Notes under the pieces: model-generated
Told to the model about the DNA's origin: nothing
Database searches by the model: none
Seen by the model: only the letters and a program-made list of their open reading frames with translations
Translations under genes and position numbers: made by a program
From: a virus
Taxonomy: Duplodnaviria; Heunggongvirae; Uroviricota; Caudoviricetes
Reading direction: 5' to 3' (one strand)
DNA: 30,349 nucleotides
IMG/VR virus record: IMGVR_UViG_2778261692_000006
Shown: piece by piece, positions 9,263 to 17,102 of the stretch
Numbering within the stretch: position 1 is the stretch's first letter
How the letters are laid out: the number at the start of each line of letters is the position of its first letter

Positions 9263-9505
9263 ATGAACAAAATTTCAACATATCGAAAACAGCTTGGGCT
9301 GTCTCAAAGACAACTTGCTGTTCAGTTAGGGTGGATACAAAGCCGACTGGCAAATTACGAAGCAAATTTTCGTACCCCTGGACTAGAGGAGTGCAGAAAA
9401 ATTGTTTCTACCCTTAATCGGCTTGGCGCTCATTGTGGACTTGACGATGTATTCCCCCCAGACGGTAAGCATAGCGAAAACAGCATAGGAGCGGTTGATT
9501 CATGA
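9263..9505 (+). CDS. Cro-like XRE-family helix-turn-helix regulator
   Basis: 80 aa; HTH segment LGLSQRQLAVQLGWIQSRLANYEAN; divergent from the repressor; stop overlaps the next start (ATGA). Confidence 0.75.
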   Translation: MNKISTYRKQLGLSQRQLAVQLGWIQSRLANYEANFRTPGLEECRKIVSTLNRLGAHCGLDDVFPPDGKHSENSIGAVDS

Positions 9506-9924
9506 AAATCAGGCATGAGCACATCGAATCAGTGTTGTTAGCCCTGGCAGCCGAAAAAGGGCAGGCGTGGGTCGCTAACGCAATTACTGAAGAATATCTG
9601 CGCCAGGGGGGCGGCGAATTGCCCCTTGTACCAGGCAAGGACTGGAACAATCAGCAGAATATCTATCACCGTTGGTTGAAAGGTGAAACGAAAGCGCAAA
9701 GGGAAAAAATTCAGAAACTGATCCCTGCGGTTCTGGCAATTCTTCCGCGCGAGCTGCGTCACCGACTCTGCATCTTCGATACCCTGGAACGCCGTGCATT
9801 ACTGGCGGCGCAGGAAGCGTTGAGTACGGCAATTGATGCGCATGATGATGCAGTCCAGGCCGTTTACCGGAAAGCACATTTCAGCGGTGGTGGGTCGCCC
9901 GGCGATTCTGTCGTAGTGCATTGA
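9502..9924 (+). CDS. YdaT-like protein (proposed CII-type regulator position)
   Basis: 140 aa, the same length as Rac YdaT, directly downstream of and coupled to the cro-like gene; assignment by position and size only. Confidence 0.45.
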   Translation: MKIRHEHIESVLLALAAEKGQAWVANAITEEYLRQGGGELPLVPGKDWNNQQNIYHRWLKGETKAQREKIQKLIPAVLAILPRELRHRLCIFDTLERRALLAAQEALSTAIDAHDDAVQAVYRKAHFSGGGSPGDSVVVH

Positions 9925-9969
9925 TTGAAATTGATCGTGCCGGATTGTTTTGTTCGGTATCAGTTAAAT

Positions 9970-10411
9970 GTAACGCTGCGAGCGTTACAAGGTGAAAACA
10001 AATGGCTTCAAACTGGATAAAGCTCGAGGTTATTACGCCGGATAAGCCGGAAATATTCAGGCTTGCTGAGATTCTGAATATTGATCCAGATGCCGCATTA
10101 GGGAAGGTTATTCGCTTCTGGGCATGGGCGGATCAACAAATGATAGACGGTAATGCAGATTGTAACGCTCGCGGCGTTACAAAAAGTGCAATAGATCGCA
10201 TCACTTTTATGGCTGGTTTTGCTGATGCGTTAATTCAGGTTGGATGGCTGATCGAAAATGACGGTGGGCTTTCTCTACCTAACTTTGAACGTCATAACGG
10301 GAAAAGCTCTAAAAAACGGGCGGTTACAAACGAGCGAGTAACAAAAATACGCGAACTGAAACGAAAAGGTAACGCTGCCAGCGTTACACAAACGGATCAA
10401 AAAGCGTTACC
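9970..10411. repeat. Iteron-like palindromes GTAACGC-N3/5-GCGTTAC, putative replication origin
   Basis: Palindromes at 9970-9988, 10162-10180 and 10369-10387, plus half-sites near 10323-10342 and 10404-10411; followed by an acidic-linker coding stretch and an AT-rich segment. Confidence 0.5.
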
Positions 10412-10790
10412 AGAGGAAGAGGAAGAGGAAGATATAAATACTGATCTCCCCCTAAATCCCCCTCGCCAAAAACGAGCGTCTAAAAAATTCGAGCCGGAGG
10501 CTATCGAGCTGCCTGACTGGTTGCCGGAAACACTCTGGCATGAGTGGGTTCAGTTCAGGCAGGCATTGCGAAAACCGATTCGAACGGAGCAGGGCGCTAA
10601 CGGGGCGATACGGGAGCTGGAAAAATTCCGCCAGCAGGGTTTTTCACCTGAGCAGGTGATTCGACACAGCATCGCCAATGAATACCAGGGCTTGTTCGCG
10701 CCGAAAGGTGTTCGACCTGAGACGTTACTCCGACAGGTTAACACCGTTTCGTTACCGGATAGTGCGATCCCGCCAGGCTTCAGGGGGTAA
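10002..10790 (+). CDS. Replication initiation / replisome organiser protein (lambda O-like role, YdaU-like)
   Basis: 262 aa; immediately upstream of the DnaC-like gene; contains the iteron-like palindromes and an acidic EEEEEED linker. Confidence 0.6.
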   Translation: MASNWIKLEVITPDKPEIFRLAEILNIDPDAALGKVIRFWAWADQQMIDGNADCNARGVTKSAIDRITFMAGFADALIQVGWLIENDGGLSLPNFERHNGKSSKKRAVTNERVTKIRELKRKGNAASVTQTDQKALPEEEEEEDINTDLPLNPPRQKRASKKFEPEAIELPDWLPETLWHEWVQFRQALRKPIRTEQGANGAIRELEKFRQQGFSPEQVIRHSIANEYQGLFAPKGVRPETLLRQVNTVSLPDSAIPPGFRG

Positions 10791-10796
10791 CAGACC

Positions 10797-11543
10797 ATGA
10801 AAAATATTGCGACAGGAGGCGTTCTGGAGCGTATCCGCAGACTGACCCCACCACATGTAACCGCCCCATTCAGAACGGTTTCGGAGTGGCGCGAGTGGCA
10901 ACTTGCTGAAGGCCAGAAACGTAGCGAGGAGATCAACCGCCTGAATCGCCAGTTGCGGGTGGAAAAAATTCTGAATCGCTCAGGCATCCAGCCGTTGCAC
11001 CGTAAATGCTCGTTTGCGAATTACCAGGTGCAGAACGACGGCCAGCGATACGCGTTGAGTCAGGCGAAATCTATCGCTGATGAACTGATGACCGGGTGTA
11101 CAAATTTTGCGTTCAGCGGAAAACCTGGTACCGGAAAAAACCATCTGGCGGCGGCTATCGGGAATCGCCTGCTGAAAGATGGTCAGACAGTGATTGTGGT
11201 TACCGTGGCTGATGTTATGAGTGCTCTACACGCCAGCTATGACGACGGGCAATCAGGCGAAAAATTTTTGCGGGAACTGTGCGAAGTGGATCTGCTGGTT
11301 CTTGATGAAATTGGCATTCAGCGCGAGACAAAAAACGAGCAGGTGGTGCTGCATCAGATTGTTGATCGCCGGACAGCGTCGATGCGCAGCGTGGGGATGC
11401 TGACAAACCTGAACTATGAGGCCATGAAACCATTGCTCGGCGAGAGGATTATGGATCGCATGACCATGAACGGCGGGCGTTGGGTGAATTTTAACTGGGA
11501 GAGCTGGCGTCCGAATGTCGTCCAGCCAGGAATTGCGAAGTAA
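10797..11543 (+). CDS. DnaC-like helicase loader (IstB-like AAA+ ATPase, YdaV-like)
   Basis: Walker [16 protein letters not shown] and Walker B LLVLDEIG. Confidence 0.85.
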   Translation: MKNIATGGVLERIRRLTPPHVTAPFRTVSEWREWQLAEGQKRSEEINRLNRQLRVEKILNRSGIQPLHRKCSFANYQVQNDGQRYALSQAKSIADELMTGCTNFAFSGKPGTGKNHLAAAIGNRLLKDGQTVIVVTVADVMSALHASYDDGQSGEKFLRELCEVDLLVLDEIGIQRETKNEQVVLHQIVDRRTASMRSVGMLTNLNYEAMKPLLGERIMDRMTMNGGRWVNFNWESWRPNVVQPGIAK

Positions 11544-11565
11544 TTTTTACCGGGAGAAAAATTTA

Positions 11566-12315
11566 ATGGAGACTGTTTTTGACGCACTGAAAGCAATGGG
11601 AAAAGCCACATCCATAGAACTTGCTGCGCGACTTGATATCAGTCGTGAAGAAGTGCTGAACGAACTATGGGAACTGAAAAAGGCTGGTTTTGTTGATAAA
11701 AGCGCGTACACCTGGCGTGTGGCTGATAACAACGTTCAGCAGGAACAGCCAGCGCCGGAAGAAACTACTACGGCAACAGTGACAAAAATTTCGGAGAGCG
11801 ATTTAACCGCGACGATTGAACAACGCGGACCACAAACGGCTGATGAGCTGGCTACATTGTTTGGTACCACATCACGCAAAGTGGCTTCAACGCTGGCAAT
11901 GGCAATCAGCAAAGGTCGTCTGATTCGCGTAAATCAGGGCGGTAAATTTCGTTACTGCATACCGGGCGATAATTTACCAGCAGAGCCGAAAGCAGCATCG
12001 GTAGCGGAAACTGATGGTAAGGCCTTTCCTCAGCCCGCAGGTGTTGCGTTACCAGTACAGGAAGCTGCAACACAGGAAGATATTAAAACAGAAACTGTGG
12101 CGGACATTGTGCAGTCGCTGCCATCGTTTACTGAAACGCGAGCGGATGACCTGGTTTTACCATCACTGCATATGGCAAACCGCGAACTGCGTCGGGCGAA
12201 AAATCATGTCCAGAAGTGGGAGCGTGTCTGCGCCGCGCTGCGTGAGTTGAACAAGCACAGGGATATTGTACGACAGATTACTGATTCTTCCCGCCATGTT
12301 GCATCGGAAAAGTGA
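11566..12315 (+). CDS. Hypothetical protein with two winged-helix-like repeats
   Basis: Chosen start METVFDAL (track ORF begins at 11515); two segments resembling wHTH ([30 protein letters not shown] and [30 protein letters not shown]). Confidence 0.5.
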   Translation: METVFDALKAMGKATSIELAARLDISREEVLNELWELKKAGFVDKSAYTWRVADNNVQQEQPAPEETTTATVTKISESDLTATIEQRGPQTADELATLFGTTSRKVASTLAMAISKGRLIRVNQGGKFRYCIPGDNLPAEPKAASVAETDGKAFPQPAGVALPVQEAATQEDIKTETVADIVQSLPSFTETRADDLVLPSLHMANRELRRAKNHVQKWERVCAALRELNKHRDIVRQITDSSRHVASEK

Positions 12316-12330
12316 TTGCCGGAGGCGCTT

Positions 12331-12753
12331 ATGGCAAAAGTATTTACACAAGAAGAGCGGGAAAAAATTAAGGGGAAGGTTGTTGAGCTCGTGCGCCAGA
12401 GTGGGCGCGAGACGTTACGACAACTGGAAGCTAAGACAGGTGCGACAAGGTATCTGATGAGTGTTCTTGCCAGAGAGCTGGTTGCCAGTGGCGATTTATA
12501 CAACTCCGGCTACGGGTTATTCCCGTCAGAACAGGCTCGTAAGGACTGGCAAAATGCCCGCAAAAAACTATCCAGGGCAAAGGTGAAGAAACCATCTGTG
12601 GTTGATCCTGACCTTATCTGGTCATTACCTGACGGAGAAATACGTCGCTACGACAGGAGTATGAACATAATCTGTCACGAGTGCCGGAAGAGTGAGGTTA
12701 TGCAGCGTGTACTGGCTTTCTATCAGGGTAATTTTCAGGAGGCGGTACTGTGA
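12331..12753 (+). CDS. Hypothetical protein
   Basis: ATG at 12331 preceded by GGAGG; the track ORF starts at an upstream TTG. Confidence 0.5.
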   Translation: MAKVFTQEEREKIKGKVVELVRQSGRETLRQLEAKTGATRYLMSVLARELVASGDLYNSGYGLFPSEQARKDWQNARKKLSRAKVKKPSVVDPDLIWSLPDGEIRRYDRSMNIICHECRKSEVMQRVLAFYQGNFQEAVL

Positions 12754-12785
12754 GTGAAATTAGCTATCAGGCTTCAATTACCGCT

Positions 12786-12806
12786 GGCATTCGCATCAAA
12801 GGAGAG
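12786..12806 (+). repeat. Junction repeat GGCATTCGCATCAAAGGAGAG, copy 1
   Basis: Identical 21-mer placed 4 nt upstream of the ATG at 12811; here intergenic. Confidence 0.8.
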
Positions 12807-12810
12807 GAGC

Positions 12811-13167
12811 ATGGAAATAAAACCAGAAGATGAGTTAAGCAATATCGTTTTATTTCCGGTAAAAGAGGATGACCCTCGTAATCAGGTTAATTTTCTTTAT
12901 GAGCCATCGGAAAGACCATATTGCCATCACGCTTCTGTCCGGGTTGACGAAAAAGAGCGTCAGGTCCGCTGTAAAATCTGCGGTGCAGTTGTGGAGCCAT
13001 TTGACTGGATGCTCTCTGTGGCGAAAAGAGAAACCAGACTGGCAGATGATGTAAGGCTATTGCGCCAGGAGGAACAGGAAAGACGGAAAAATATAGAAAA
13101 GTTAATTCAGATTGAGCGTAACGCGAAAGCGCGGATACGCAGGGTGACAAAATCCAGAACTGAATAA
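12811..13167 (+). CDS. Hypothetical protein with a Cys/His zinc-ribbon-like motif
   Basis: Start MEIKPEDE directly after the junction repeat; PYCHHAS...RCKICGA motif. Confidence 0.5.
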   Translation: MEIKPEDELSNIVLFPVKEDDPRNQVNFLYEPSERPYCHHASVRVDEKERQVRCKICGAVVEPFDWMLSVAKRETRLADDVRLLRQEEQERRKNIEKLIQIERNAKARIRRVTKSRTE

Positions 13168-13262
13168 TTAAATTTAGCACTGTTAAAAATTCGATCCTTA
13201 ACCGGAGGGATTTCTGCACCCTCAGAACATCAGGAGGCCGCCCGAAAGGGCGGTAACAAATA

Positions 13263-13739
13263 ATGCAAGAAATCAAAGAAAATATCAGGCAACAGCTTTA
13301 CGGGTTTTATATTGCTTATGATTTGTGGCTGAAGAACGGGGCAAAACCCGGCGGAGTGTTTTCTCAAAATTATGGTTTATGCGCCAATCTTTTCGATTAT
13401 CTCACATTAATTGGTACCCCCTGTGAGGCAGCGCTGGAGCAATTACACGCTGATTTCAGAAGTGCCGGGCTGAATGAGGCGTTGCCGTTTAACGAGGGTA
13501 AAGAGCATTACCATGAAGAAAGAGGGCACAACATGTGCCATATGAATCCGGCACGAGTGGCGTGGGTCAGGGCGCAGACAGGGCAGCCAGCGCCGGAAGG
13601 ACTGGTTAAAGCGGTGCGCTTCTATGAACAGGTTAAGCGTGAAAATCCGCCAGTCGAAACCGGAGCATGGAAAGACGCTGTTGACTGGGTTCTCGAAGAG
13701 GCTTGTCAGGCTGTAAACATTCGCATCAAAGGAGAGTGA
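13263..13739 (+). CDS. Hypothetical protein; C-terminus encoded by junction repeat copy 2
   Basis: 158 aa ending ...NIRIKGE; AGGAGG lies about 25 nt upstream of the ATG with a GAAA-tetraloop hairpin in between. Confidence 0.55.
   Translation: MQEIKENIRQQLYGFYIAYDLWLKNGAKPGGVFSQNYGLCANLFDYLTLIGTPCEAALEQLHADFRSAGLNEALPFNEGKEHYHEERGHNMCHMNPARVAWVRAQTGQPAPEGLVKAVRFYEQVKRENPPVETGAWKDAVDWVLEEACQAVNIRIKGE
13716..13736 (+). repeat. Junction repeat, copy 2 (18-nt core ATTCGCATCAAAGGAGAG identical)
   Basis: Encodes IRIKGE then stop of the upstream gene and supplies the Shine-Dalgarno for the ATG at 13742. Confidence 0.8.
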
Positions 13740-13741
13740 GA

Positions 13742-14233
13742 ATGCAAATTTCACCGGTTACTCTTCGTGTTGCGAAGGCGTTTATATCCAGACATCACCG
13801 ACACAATAAACCACCTGTTGGGCATAAATTCAGCATTGGTCTGATAAATGATGCCGGAGAATTGATAGGTGTGGCGACAGCTGGTCGACCTGTTGCACGA
13901 CATTTGGACGATGGATTAACGCTTGAAGTAAATCGCACATGTACCACAGGAGAACGCAACGCTAACAGCGCGCTTTATGGTGCTGTCTGGCGAGCAGCAA
14001 AAGCTATGGGTTATCAACGTTGTATTACGTACACCCAGGCAGATGAATCAGGAGCATCTCTTCGCGCAGCTGGTTTTGTTCGTGTGAAAGAGCTTCCTCC
14101 AAGAAAAAGCTGGGCGGAATCAAGCGTCGCCTTGCGGAGTAAACGCGATCCGGTCGGAAACGGTGGTGTTCCTCGTGTGCTCTGGGAAATCAGGAGAATG
14201 AGTACCACTGGCATTCGCATCAAAGGAGAGTGA
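13742..14233 (+). CDS. Hypothetical protein, possibly GNAT-like acetyltransferase fold
   Basis: 164 aa from MQISPV (track ORF begins at a TTG at 13703); segment ADESGASLRAAGFVRV resembles the GNAT motif-B region; C-terminus TGIRIKGE encoded by repeat copy 3. Confidence 0.5.
   Translation: MQISPVTLRVAKAFISRHHRHNKPPVGHKFSIGLINDAGELIGVATAGRPVARHLDDGLTLEVNRTCTTGERNANSALYGAVWRAAKAMGYQRCITYTQADESGASLRAAGFVRVKELPPRKSWAESSVALRSKRDPVGNGGVPRVLWEIRRMSTTGIRIKGE
14210..14230 (+). repeat. Junction repeat GGCATTCGCATCAAAGGAGAG, copy 3
   Basis: Identical 21-mer to copy 1; ends the upstream gene and precedes the ATG at 14235 by 4 nt. Confidence 0.8.
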
Positions 14234-14234
14234 T

Positions 14235-14498
14235 ATGGCAACTTTGACAAAAAAGGAACAGGCATGGTTGAGCGAATTACAGAACGTTCTTGATCGCTGC
14301 CCGTCACCGAAAAAAATTGGTTTTTACACCATTGGCGATAAAAGCATTTACCTGTATGACCTACGCCGCATGGATGAAATCATGGAGGCTCTTGATAATC
14401 GTTCGTCAATGGATTGGTGTGTTGCTGTCCATGATATGAATGCCGGATTTGATGAAAAGATTTTATTCCCCTCATCAGTTGAAAGCACAGCAGGATAA
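14235..14498 (+). CDS. Hypothetical protein
   Basis: 87-aa ORF starting directly after junction repeat copy 3. Confidence 0.55.
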   Translation: MATLTKKEQAWLSELQNVLDRCPSPKKIGFYTIGDKSIYLYDLRRMDEIMEALDNRSSMDWCVAVHDMNAGFDEKILFPSSVESTAG

Positions 14499-14508
14499 GG
14501 ATTAACAC

Positions 14509-15333
14509 ATGACCACTATTACCAAAGAACGTATTGAATTGTTCATTAAAAATCCGCTTGAAAACGGGCTTGCCCGTGGCGAACAAATGGAACTGGCGCA
14601 GATTGCACTGGCCTCACTGGCAGCAGAGCCGGTGGCGTGGAAGGCAACCTTCACGCAAATTGACCATGAATATAATACGTTCACCGCTATGTATTCTGAC
14701 AAAGCAGAAGTCGAACGGTGGGTGCGACTGCATAAAGTAGGTGATTTTCGGGCAAAAATAACACCACTTTATGCATCATCGCCAGCGCTGGTAGTGCCTG
14801 ATAAGTTGCCGCGTGAATACATAAGAGGTTGGCCTCTTGCGTATAGTGATTATGCTGAAGGATGGAACGATTGCCGCGAAGCCATGCTTCAGTCAGGAAA
14901 CTTTCGGGAAAACAAGGATTCGTCAACCAATAATTTTCGGGAAATTTCGGAAACGTCAACCAACTCTCCGCTAATTCCTGGTGAAGTGTTGTCCGCAATC
15001 CGGGAGGTTGCCAGGATTCGTGCCGATTTCGATGATTTTGACGGTGACAGGCGAGGTGTTGGTGATTGTCTGGATGAGGCCGAGCAAGAGCTTATCGTTA
15101 CCATTAACAAATATGCCAGTCAGTTGGCAGTAGAGCCGGTAGTACCTGATGACGTTCTGGAACAGACAGTAGCGTCGCCAGTGCCAGGTAACCAGGTTAG
15201 CGAATTAACAATGTGGGTTAAGCGTCTGGCTCACTCCTTAAAGTACGCCAATAGTTTAAGCAGCTTGCCTGATAAGGCGATGGAATATCTGAAGCAGAAC
15301 GGGTTGGTAGGTGTGGAGGATATTTTACGATGA
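14509..15333 (+). CDS. Hypothetical accessory protein with internal tandem repeat
   Basis: 274 aa; imperfect tandem repeat of about 33 nt at 14899-14963 encoding NFRENKDSSTNNFREISETSTN; stop overlaps the next start (ATGA). Confidence 0.6.
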   Translation: MTTITKERIELFIKNPLENGLARGEQMELAQIALASLAAEPVAWKATFTQIDHEYNTFTAMYSDKAEVERWVRLHKVGDFRAKITPLYASSPALVVPDKLPREYIRGWPLAYSDYAEGWNDCREAMLQSGNFRENKDSSTNNFREISETSTNSPLIPGEVLSAIREVARIRADFDDFDGDRRGVGDCLDEAEQELIVTINKYASQLAVEPVVPDDVLEQTVASPVPGNQVSELTMWVKRLAHSLKYANSLSSLPDKAMEYLKQNGLVGVEDILR

Positions 15334-15413
15334 CCTGGCCTGAAGCATTCGCAACGGTAGGAATGGTGATGGCGGTGGCGCTGGTGGTGTATTCGATTTG
15401 CCGTTGGGGTTAA
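15330..15413 (+). CDS. Candidate 27-aa hydrophobic peptide (MTWPEAFATVGMVMAVALVVYSICRWG)
   Basis: GGAGGA 9 nt upstream of the ATG; start overlaps the upstream stop; strong terminator immediately downstream; below the ORF-track cutoff. Confidence 0.4.
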   Translation: MTWPEAFATVGMVMAVALVVYSICRWG

Positions 15414-15422
15414 CAAACAAAA

Positions 15423-15449
15423 ACCCCGGATTGATGGTCCGGGGTTTTT
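15423..15449 (+). terminator. Rho-independent terminator
   Basis: 8-bp stem ACCCCGGA / TCCGGGGT with 7-nt loop, then TTTTT. Confidence 0.7.
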
Positions 15450-15628
15450 GAAGGAAACAAAACAGAAACAACAATTGCCGTTACCTGTTGTTACCATGGC
15501 AAGTAAACGTATCTCAGGCGAGCGCATTGCGCCGTTCTGACGCAGATAAATTAGCCTGGATAGAAGGTGCTGGCAATAAAAAATAGCGTTTTCTTATCGG
15601 TGTCGGTAAGATTGCTGCGGGTGCTTGA

Positions 15629-15668
15629 GGCTGTCTGCCTCAGGCATGCCACTGTAAGGCAGACAGAG
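15629..15668 (+). promoter_or_regulatory. Structured element in the hok leader
   Basis: 10-bp inverted repeat CTGTCTGCCT / AGGCAGACAG around a loop containing the self-complementary GGCATGCC; an overlapping alternative pairing GAGGC/GCCTC is possible. Confidence 0.4.
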
Positions 15669-15787
15669 AAAAGCCCCAGTTAACATTACGCGTCCGGCAA
15701 GACGCTTAACATTAATCTGAGGCTCAATCTATGAACGGCAAATCTAGGTTAGCCTCTTACGTGCCGAAAGGCAAGGAGAAGCAGGCT

Positions 15788-15943
15788 ATGAAGCAGCAAA
15801 AGGCGATGTTAGTCGCCCTGATCGTCATCTGTTTAACCGTCATAGTGACGGCACTGGTAACGAGGAAAGACCTCTGCGAGGTACGAATCCGAACCGGCCA
15901 GACGGAGGTCGCTGTCTTCACAGCTTACGAACCTGAGGAGTAA
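15788..15943 (+). CDS. hok: Hok/Gef-family type I toxin (HokD/RelF-like membrane peptide)
   Basis: 51-aa product MKQQKAMLVALIVICLTVIVTALVTRKDLCEVRIRTGQTEVAVFTAYEPEE matches the Hok family as recalled; AAGGAG upstream; the track ORF (from 15731) adds a 19-aa in-frame extension. Confidence 0.85.
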   Translation: MKQQKAMLVALIVICLTVIVTALVTRKDLCEVRIRTGQTEVAVFTAYEPEE

Positions 15944-16012
15944 GAGACCAGGCGAGGGAGAAATCCCTCGCCACCTCTGATGAGTCAGGCATCCTCAACG
16001 CACCCGCGCTTA

Positions 16013-16033
16013 ACCCGTTTCGGCGGGTTTTTT
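16013..16033 (+). terminator. Hairpin plus T-run downstream of hok
   Basis: Stem ACCCG / CGGGT followed by TTTTTT; a second GNRA-loop hairpin (GGCGAGGGA gaaa TCCCTCGCC) lies at 15951-15972. Confidence 0.5.
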
Positions 16034-16068
16034 GTTGCGCGCTGAATACGCAGGGTGAAAAATAACCA

Positions 16069-16135
16069 TATATTTGATTATATACACAACACAAAATAAA
16101 AGTCATTGTACCTGCACATTAAATAATCAAATATA
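16069..16135. repeat. 13-bp perfect inverted repeat pair in an AT-rich segment
   Basis: TATATTTGATTAT (16069-16081) and ATAATCAAATATA (16123-16135), 41 bp apart, upstream of the 16180 ORF. Confidence 0.4.
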
Positions 16136-16179
16136 CGGCGTGAAATAAATATTTTTCAGATTAATATTTTTGTCTCTAT

Positions 16180-16431
16180 GTGGATATAACCTTTTGTACT
16201 TATAAACCTGGAGGCATCGTGGAAAAAATAAAGAAACTATTTAGTAGCAAATACGCAGTCATACGTCGTGATGACCTGTCAGTTATAGTCGAAATGGATT
16301 ACTTCCCTGAAATCCCAAAATCAATGATGTATCGTAATGGTCGAAAGGCAATTTTTTTACCGATGAGGGTAAGTGACATTATGGGAAATGATAAACTGCT
16401 GGATGAATTGCGAGTCAGAGCATCCTGTTAG
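16180..16431 (+). CDS. Hypothetical small protein in an AT-rich island
   Basis: Track ORF begins at a GTG at 16180; an in-frame GTG at 16219 has a GGAGG 4 nt upstream; surrounding DNA is visibly AT-rich. Confidence 0.45.
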   Translation: MDITFCTYKPGGIVEKIKKLFSSKYAVIRRDDLSVIVEMDYFPEIPKSMMYRNGRKAIFLPMRVSDIMGNDKLLDELRVRASC

Positions 16432-16502
16432 TATTGGCATTAATTCTGTTATACTACATAACGGGCTGAACACCCATTCTACTGCGCCAGCGGAGAACTA
16501 CG

Positions 16503-17102
16503 ATGGCGCATATACAACTGGTCAAACAAACCTCTTCCGGATTACTTCTCCCGGCGACGCCGGAGAGTTGCGATTTTTTGCATCAAATCAAAATAGGTGA
16601 GTGGATACACGCAGACTTTAAGCGTGTGCGTAACTACGCATTCCACAAGCGTTTTTTCAAACTCCTGCAACTGGGATTCGATTACTGGACTCCGGTCGGT
16701 GGGGCGATCACGCCTCGCGAACGAAAACTGGTGTCCGGTTTCGTTGATTATCTGTGCGAATCAGTAGGCCGGGAACATACGCCAGCTCTGAGCGAAGCCG
16801 CAGAGCAATATCTGAATGCCGTTGCGACACGCAGAACCCGGGATACGGCATTGCTCAAGTCATTTGACGCTTTCCGCGAATGGGTAACCATTCAGGCCGG
16901 ATTTTACACCGAGCATATTTATCCTGATGGTAGTCGTGGGCGCAGGGCAAAATCTATCGCATTTGCGAATATGGACGAAACCGAGTTTCAGCAGGTTTAT
17001 AAAGCCGTACTGAATGTGCTGTGGAACTGGATCCTGTTCCGTAAATTTTCCTCTCCGGAGGAAGTCGAAAATGTGGCCGCGCAGCTGCTGGAGTTTGCGT
17101 AA
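16503..17102 (+). CDS. nin-region hypothetical protein (possibly DUF1367-type)
   Basis: 199-aa ORF immediately upstream of and coupled to the YbcO-like gene; family assignment from memory only. Confidence 0.5.
   Translation: MAHIQLVKQTSSGLLLPATPESCDFLHQIKIGEWIHADFKRVRNYAFHKRFFKLLQLGFDYWTPVGGAITPRERKLVSGFVDYLCESVGREHTPALSEAAEQYLNAVATRRTRDTALLKSFDAFREWVTIQAGFYTEHIYPDGSRGRRAKSIAFANMDETEFQQVYKAVLNVLWNWILFRKFSSPEEVENVAAQLLEFA

Noticed and set aside
9205-9294. 11-nt direct repeat AAAACAGCTTG (9205-9215 and 9284-9294) as a regulator-binding site
   Set aside because: Exact 11-mers are expected by chance in a 30-kb window, and one copy lies inside the cro-like coding sequence; not significant on its own.
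9538-9877. Minus-strand ORFs 9538..9762 and 9584..9877
   Set aside because: Antisense to the coupled cro-like and YdaT-like genes, with no translation signals.
15731-15787. Treating the full 70-aa ORF as the toxin
   Set aside because: The Hok-family match begins at the internal Met (MKQQKAM), which has its own AAGGAG Shine-Dalgarno; the 19-codon in-frame extension is more likely leader or mok-like context.
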